Of a stretch of DNA of 30,450 nt, positions 26,445 to 30,450 are shown piece by piece. The notes below the pieces were generated by a model. The model saw only the letters and a list, made by a program, of their open reading frames with translations, was not told where the DNA came from and did no database searches. The first letter of the stretch is position 1, and every line of letters begins with the position of its first letter. Location: positions 1-30,450 of the IMG/VR virus record IMGVR_UViG_3300020045_007544. One strand, written 5' to 3'. Origin of the DNA: a virus (Duplodnaviria > Caudoviricetes). The position numbers were made by a program, and so were the translations under genes.

Positions 26445-26664
26445 CCCAATCTTCGACTCGCTAAAAACCACCATTGATGAAGTGGCTGATTCGGCTTACA
26501 AGCGCGGTCACCTCAAGGCCAGACTAGAGATGCTTGAAGCACTCAAGACAGTCAACACCCAGATGATTGACCCTCAGAGCCTCTTTGACCAGATTGTTGC
26601 CTTGCTGGGTGAGATTCAGACCCCTGCCAAAGCACCTAAGTCGCGCAAGAAGGTGTCAGCATGA
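26437..26664 (+). CDS. Hypothetical protein
   Basis: Overlaps both neighbours in operon fashion. Confidence 0.7.
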   Translation: MSNPIFDSLKTTIDEVADSAYKRGHLKARLEMLEALKTVNTQMIDPQSLFDQIVALLGEIQTPAKAPKSRKKVSA

Positions 26665-26831
26665 GCGAACAAATTGTAAGTCTGACTTACCATCGGCTAT
26701 CTACTGGCACAGAGGTAACTTATCTTGTAGAACTGCTACCAGTTCCTGAGAATGCGATTCTTGCTCGACCATCAAACCAAGATGGCAGTCCCTGGTTCGC
26801 GGAAGGAGAAGTAAATGATGGAACTAACTGA
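26661..26831 (+). CDS. Hypothetical protein, 56 aa (not in ORF track)
   Basis: ATGA coupling, RBS AAGGTG; MSEQIVSLTYHRLSTGTEVTYLVELLPVPEN... Confidence 0.6.
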   Translation: MSEQIVSLTYHRLSTGTEVTYLVELLPVPENAILARPSNQDGSPWFAEGEVNDGTN

Positions 26832-27018
26832 GTCTGCTTTTCAGCAAGCACTTGAAGCCGCATACAAGAGCGGTGTCGAGGCTGGCAAGGAAGAGCAATA
26901 TAGCCAGATGATGAATGAGCTGGAGAACCTGAACCTCGAATACAAGCTCAAGAAAGCGCCTGGCATGGTCTTTGTGACCCTGCGGATCATGATGAAGCGG
27001 TTGCGCCATGAGTTCTAA
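26815..27018 (+). CDS. Hypothetical protein
   Basis: RBS AAGGAG; start 26815 or 26818. Confidence 0.7.
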   Translation: MMELTESAFQQALEAAYKSGVEAGKEEQYSQMMNELENLNLEYKLKKAPGMVFVTLRIMMKRLRHEF

Positions 27019-27583
27019 GACCTGCTCAACCGAGCATTGCATGAGTCGCGCATACACTGGCGGCCTCTGTGTCGGACACTTCCGTGCCAAATACAGCCCA
27101 GCCGAACTGGCTACCAAACCGCGCCCAACCTGCAAGATGGAAGGTTGTGCATCAAGACAGCGCCACCTAGACCTCTGCGCTCGCCACTACCAGATTGTCC
27201 GCCGAGCTGAGATGCGCAACAAGAACCAAGAGTGCATTGTGCAACCCTGCGAGGGCATCAACTACCGCGAGGGTCACTGCAAGGGTCACTATCTGGAGCG
27301 CTTTCCGAAGGCTGAAACCAGCATCCCTGACTGCCGCCGCCCTAAATGCACCCGCCCGATGGTTCGCTTCCTCGGGTGCGACCTGCACTGGCGTAACTAC
27401 CAGCCACGACCTAAGACCGGCGAGAAAACTGCCGATTCTTGTAGCGAGCCAGAGTGTGTAAATAAGAAGTTCTCAATGGATCGCTGTCAGCTGCACTATA
27501 ACCAATGGAAGGGCAGCGCAAGCCAGGCTGATGACTTCTGGCAATTTGTGAAGCAAGAACTCAAACTGGAGGATGCAAAATGA
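27008..27583 (+). CDS. Protein of five tandem Cx4C-x9-CxxH repeats (putative Zn fingers)
   Basis: CSTEHC..CVGHF, CKMEGC..CARHY, CIVQPC..CKGHY, CRRPKC..CDLHW, CSEPEC..CQLHY. Confidence 0.8.
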   Translation: MSSKTCSTEHCMSRAYTGGLCVGHFRAKYSPAELATKPRPTCKMEGCASRQRHLDLCARHYQIVRRAEMRNKNQECIVQPCEGINYREGHCKGHYLERFPKAETSIPDCRRPKCTRPMVRFLGCDLHWRNYQPRPKTGEKTADSCSEPECVNKKFSMDRCQLHYNQWKGSASQADDFWQFVKQELKLEDAK

Positions 27584-27798
27584 TGGATGAGGCACTGGTT
27601 CAGGCAATTCGCCAAGATGCATTTGCTGATGGGGTAGCGCATGAGCAAGCTCGCATTGTCGAACTGCTAGAGGATGTAAAGGCAGACCTTAGAAAAAAGT
27701 TGTCAGAAGTATCGGGAGATAGCCAATCAGAAACCTACTGGTATAGCCGTATTCAGCAACTAGACAACTACATTGCTCTTATCAAGGGAAAGAACTAA
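27580..27798 (+). CDS. Small protein, RIxxLLE...IALIKG family
   Basis: EQARIVELLE...YIALIKGKN. Confidence 0.75.
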   Translation: MMDEALVQAIRQDAFADGVAHEQARIVELLEDVKADLRKKLSEVSGDSQSETYWYSRIQQLDNYIALIKGKN

Positions 27799-27986
27799 TG
27801 GGACTAACTGATTACAGCCGAATGGATAAAGAGTTCTTTGAATCGGGTGTCAGAGCCGAGAAAGAGCGCATTATCAAACTGCTAGAAGAAACTAAGCAAA
27901 AGGCTGCAACTTCAATGGATGCAGACTCTAATTATTATGCAGGGTTGGTTCAGGCTATCGCTCTGATCAAGGGAGAGAACAAGTGA
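27798..27986 (+). CDS. Small protein, RIxxLLE...IALIKG family
   Basis: EKERIIKLLE...AIALIKGENK. Confidence 0.75.
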   Translation: MGLTDYSRMDKEFFESGVRAEKERIIKLLEETKQKAATSMDADSNYYAGLVQAIALIKGENK

Positions 27987-28216
27987 AGCTCGAGGCAGTC
28001 ATTGGCAAGACAGTCCGCACCATCCGCAAGCACCGCGAGCTAACCTGCAAAGCGCTGGCAGAGGCTGTGCCTATGTCGCGCGCACACCTCAGCGACATCG
28101 AGCATGGCCACCGCTCACCCTCGCTGAATATGCTCTCGGACATTGCCAGAGCGCTAGAGATAGAACCAGCCGATCTGCTCTATTCCATCGCTCGCAACAT
28201 GAAGGCTGTCAAATGA
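27983..28216 (+). CDS. XRE-family helix-turn-helix regulator
   Basis: IGKTVRTIRK..LT..ALAE..MSRAHLSDIEHG..SPSL..L..IARALEI. Confidence 0.9.
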   Translation: MKLEAVIGKTVRTIRKHRELTCKALAEAVPMSRAHLSDIEHGHRSPSLNMLSDIARALEIEPADLLYSIARNMKAVK

Positions 28217-28416
28217 CCGAAACCGAAGCAATCCGCGAGAACTACAACCTCGGTGTTATCGCTGGTGAGGCGCGAGAACAGCAGCGCATTATCAAACTGC
28301 TAGAAGCAAGCGCAATGGCATGGAGTGAAAATTGCGCTATGCCTATTGACTGGAAGCATTGTCAGAACTGTTGGCAGATGGCGAGCCTTATCGCTCTTAT
28401 CAAGGGAGAGAAGTAA
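28213..28416 (+). CDS. Small protein, RIxxLLE...IALIKG family
   Basis: EQQRIIKLLE...HCQNC..LIALIKGEK. Confidence 0.75.
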   Translation: MTETEAIRENYNLGVIAGEAREQQRIIKLLEASAMAWSENCAMPIDWKHCQNCWQMASLIALIKGEK

Positions 28417-28535
28417 TGTATTGCGACTGTGGCAAAATCAACCTCAATGAGGCTTTTATGCAGAAGTTCCCAGATGCCGACACTTATTGGTGCGGCAAAA
28501 ACTACCATGTCAGAGGAGTGATTAAACTAGCATGA
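28416..28535 (+). CDS. Small Cys/His peptide, 39 aa (not in ORF track)
   Basis: TAATG and ATGA coupling; MYCDCGKINLNEAFMQKFPDADTYWCGKNYHVRGVIKLA*. Confidence 0.6.
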   Translation: MYCDCGKINLNEAFMQKFPDADTYWCGKNYHVRGVIKLA

Positions 28536-28723
28536 ATGAACTAATCGAAGCCGCAGACCTGCTCGATGCCGACCTTGTTTGGTCACCTGACATGGATACC
28601 ATCCGTTATCACCTGTCATCAATGCTCAGGGCCATAGCCGAGATGCGCGACCCTGAGAAGTATGCTCAAGACCTCGCTGAAACCCTGCTTGATGAGCATC
28701 ACAATGACATCAGTTTAGGATAG
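28532..28723 (+). CDS. Hypothetical acidic protein
   Basis: RBS AGGAG, ATGA coupling. Confidence 0.7.
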   Translation: MNELIEAADLLDADLVWSPDMDTIRYHLSSMLRAIAEMRDPEKYAQDLAETLLDEHHNDISLG

Positions 28724-28727
28724 AAGC

Positions 28728-28952
28728 ATGAGCCTATTGTCAGGCATGACTCCACCAGTCAAGCAAACCCCCTGTAAAGTCCGCACCATACTCGAGCAGC
28801 TCGAGCAGAGCGATGCGAAGATTCTTGAGCAAGCCCTGTCAGACTCTATGACTTGGCCAGCTCGAACCCTGCAAGTGGCTCTCAGCCAGCGCAAGTTGAT
28901 TGTGTCTGATGTGAGCATCGGCAGACACCGCAAGGGACAGTGTTCTTGCTAG
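28728..28952 (+). CDS. Hypothetical protein (possible Zn/HTH), upstream partner of the phosphoesterase
   Basis: Leaderless TAGGAT-AGAAGC-ATG; C...HR..QCSC. Confidence 0.7.
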   Translation: MSLLSGMTPPVKQTPCKVRTILEQLEQSDAKILEQALSDSMTWPARTLQVALSQRKLIVSDVSIGRHRKGQCSC

Positions 28953-30106
28953 AGAATCTGCAACCAGCGCCGAAGATCACCGCGCCACAGGGTTGGAATC
29001 CTGCTATCGAGTTCGATGGCACTGAGGGAACAGCAACAACCCCTGGCATGGAAGATAAGCCGGACTTTGACCAGTTCCTGCTTGATGCTGGCTTTGACCC
29101 TGCCGAGATTGAGATTGTGGGCGAGCCTCGCACCTCTCGCTGGCAGGTTGCCTCACCTTGGCCTGCTGAACCGCGCTGGCTGACTTCTTACCGCTTCCGC
29201 TTCCGCAAGATAGGTAAAAAAACAGACCTAATTTTGCTATATAGCCAGGCATATAGAAAAATAAAGGCGAAATCTTTACATGTTCCAAACACAGGGAAAG
29301 CCTTTGTTGTTCTCTGGTCAGACTTACAGGTGGGCAAGACAGCCTCTCGCGGTGGCACTCAAGAGCTGATAGAGCGATGCCTAACTGCTATCGAGCGCAT
29401 CACAGCCGAAGCCAAGCGAGTCAAGCCTGAAGCGATTGTGCTGTGTGATGTCGGTGACATCATCGAGAACTTCGGCAATGCTGCCGACCTAGCCCAGTTG
29501 CAGAGCAATGACCTCAGCCTCATGGCTCAGGTTGACCTAGCGACCACCTTGACCTGGGAACTGTTGAAGCGCCTATCAGCCATCGCGCCTGTCACCTATG
29601 CCAGCATCGGCTCTAATCACTGCCAGTTCCGAGTGAACAAGCAGCGAGTTGGAATGGTGACAGATGATTGGGGTGTCCACATCGGGCGCACCCTTGCCAG
29701 ATTGTCGAAAGAAACAAACCTAGGCGCTCGCTTTCTAGAGCCTCAGCCTCATGATGAGTCGCTGGTTGTCGATGTCTTTGGCGATCAATTCCACCGCCTC
29801 GGTCTAGTTCATGGACATCAAGCCGGCAGACCCGAGGGTGTAGTCAAGTGGTGGTCATCCCAAAGCTTCGGTCAGCAACCAGTCCACAGCGCAACTATCC
29901 TAGCCAGCGGACACTTCCATCACCTGCGAGTCCAAGAGGTAGCAAGCAATGAGCGCGGTGCATCTCGCTACTGGATTCAGGCAGCAACCCTAGACAATGG
30001 CTCGGACTGGTATCGCCTCAACTCAGGCGAAGATAGTCAGCCAGGTGTAGTCTGCTTTACCCTGCACAAGGGTATTGAGTTTGGTGGAACAGTGGTCAAG
30101 TTGTAA
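28940..30106 (+). CDS. Calcineurin-like metallophosphoesterase (Mre11/SbcD-like)
   Basis: SDLQVG, DVGDIIE, GSNH, VHGH, SGHFHH motifs; start 28940 (GTG) or 28946 (TTG). Confidence 0.85.
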   Translation: MFLLENLQPAPKITAPQGWNPAIEFDGTEGTATTPGMEDKPDFDQFLLDAGFDPAEIEIVGEPRTSRWQVASPWPAEPRWLTSYRFRFRKIGKKTDLILLYSQAYRKIKAKSLHVPNTGKAFVVLWSDLQVGKTASRGGTQELIERCLTAIERITAEAKRVKPEAIVLCDVGDIIENFGNAADLAQLQSNDLSLMAQVDLATTLTWELLKRLSAIAPVTYASIGSNHCQFRVNKQRVGMVTDDWGVHIGRTLARLSKETNLGARFLEPQPHDESLVVDVFGDQFHRLGLVHGHQAGRPEGVVKWWSSQSFGQQPVHSATILASGHFHHLRVQEVASNERGASRYWIQAATLDNGSDWYRLNSGEDSQPGVVCFTLHKGIEFGGTVVKL

Positions 30107-30119
30107 GATTGCTACACAG

Positions 30120-30194
30120 TGACCACTAGCTCAATGGCAGAGCAATCGGCTGTTAACCGATAGGTTCTAGGTTCGAGTCCTAGGTGGTCAGCCA
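30120..30194 (+). tRNA. tRNA-Asn (GTT)
   Basis: Acceptor TGACCAC/GTGGTCA plus G-CCA; D-arm GCTC/GAGC; anticodon arm ATCGG-CTGTTAA-CCGAT; T-arm CTAGG-TTCGAGT-CCTAG; upstream TAAGAT. Confidence 0.96.
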
Positions 30195-30207
30195 GAAAGG
30201 GAGAAGA

Positions 30208-30441
30208 ATGAATTGTCACTGCGGTAATCCAGTCAAGGCTAAGGGTTTGTGCCAGAAGCACTATCTAGCCGACTACCGAGCCAGAAAGAACAGAGGAGAA
30301 CTACAGAAGCGCCCTCTTGTCTATACAGTTCGCATAGACAAAGACCGCTGCGCTGTTGTTGACTGCTTCGATAAGCACCGCGCCAAGGGCTTATGCACCA
30401 AGCACTACTTCCAAGCGAGGAGAAGCAATGCCGCTTTATAG
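30208..30441 (+). CDS. Small protein with two AKGLCxKHY repeats
   Basis: Start moved to ATG 30208, after the tRNA and RBS GAAAGGGAG. Confidence 0.75.
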   Translation: MNCHCGNPVKAKGLCQKHYLADYRARKNRGELQKRPLVYTVRIDKDRCAVVDCFDKHRAKGLCTKHYFQARRSNAAL

Positions 30442-30450
30442 TTACACCTG
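30428..30450 (+). CDS. 5' end of probable zinc-ribbon (FmdB-like) gene, truncated by the window
   Basis: MPLYSYT-TG.. resembles MPxYxYxC; only 7 full codons are visible. Confidence 0.35.

Noticed and set aside
27580-28416. CRISPR array or diversity-generating retroelement
   Set aside because: The repeats are coding and irregularly spaced; there are no cas or reverse transcriptase genes and no adenine-specific TR/VR pair.
30120-30194. tRNA as prophage attachment site
   Set aside because: No integrase, no duplicated tRNA 3' end, and phage-like genes on both sides.
30184-30207. ORF-track start at 30184
   Set aside because: Overlaps the tRNA acceptor stem; ATG 30208 has a good RBS.
1-30450. 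Alternative genetic code
   Set aside because: Core genes are intact under the standard code, and TAA, TAG and TGA all terminate genes.

Overview
Most of the genome of a small siphovirus-type tailed phage, probably infecting Actinobacteria: it carries whiB, many leaderless TANNNT promoters and an M23 endolysin. A moderate-GC freshwater Microbacteriaceae-like host is an inference. The window starts inside the terminase large subunit. It continues through an HK97-type head module, an antisense HNH, a GT4/GT2/cytidylyltransferase cluster, tail genes with a -1 frameshift chaperone, an antisense moron, the tape measure, three paralogous tail-associated genes (an HNH inserted between two of them) and lysis genes. 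The right part holds whiB, YqaJ/ERF recombination genes, a Mom-like DNA modification enzyme, SSB, RusA, many small accessory genes, a metallophosphoesterase and tRNA-Asn. I recognised no integrase, polymerase, primase, helicase or replication initiator. The most interesting signals are: (1) a ~360 nt highly structured non-coding element at 24641-25000 with stable tetraloops, G-U pairs and potential pseudoknots; (2) strong depletion of ACG/CGT on both strands; (3) a family of small genes built on two conserved 24-nt DNA blocks; (4) a two-hairpin leader motif shared by two loci. All structures, motifs and counts were read by eye; no searches were run.
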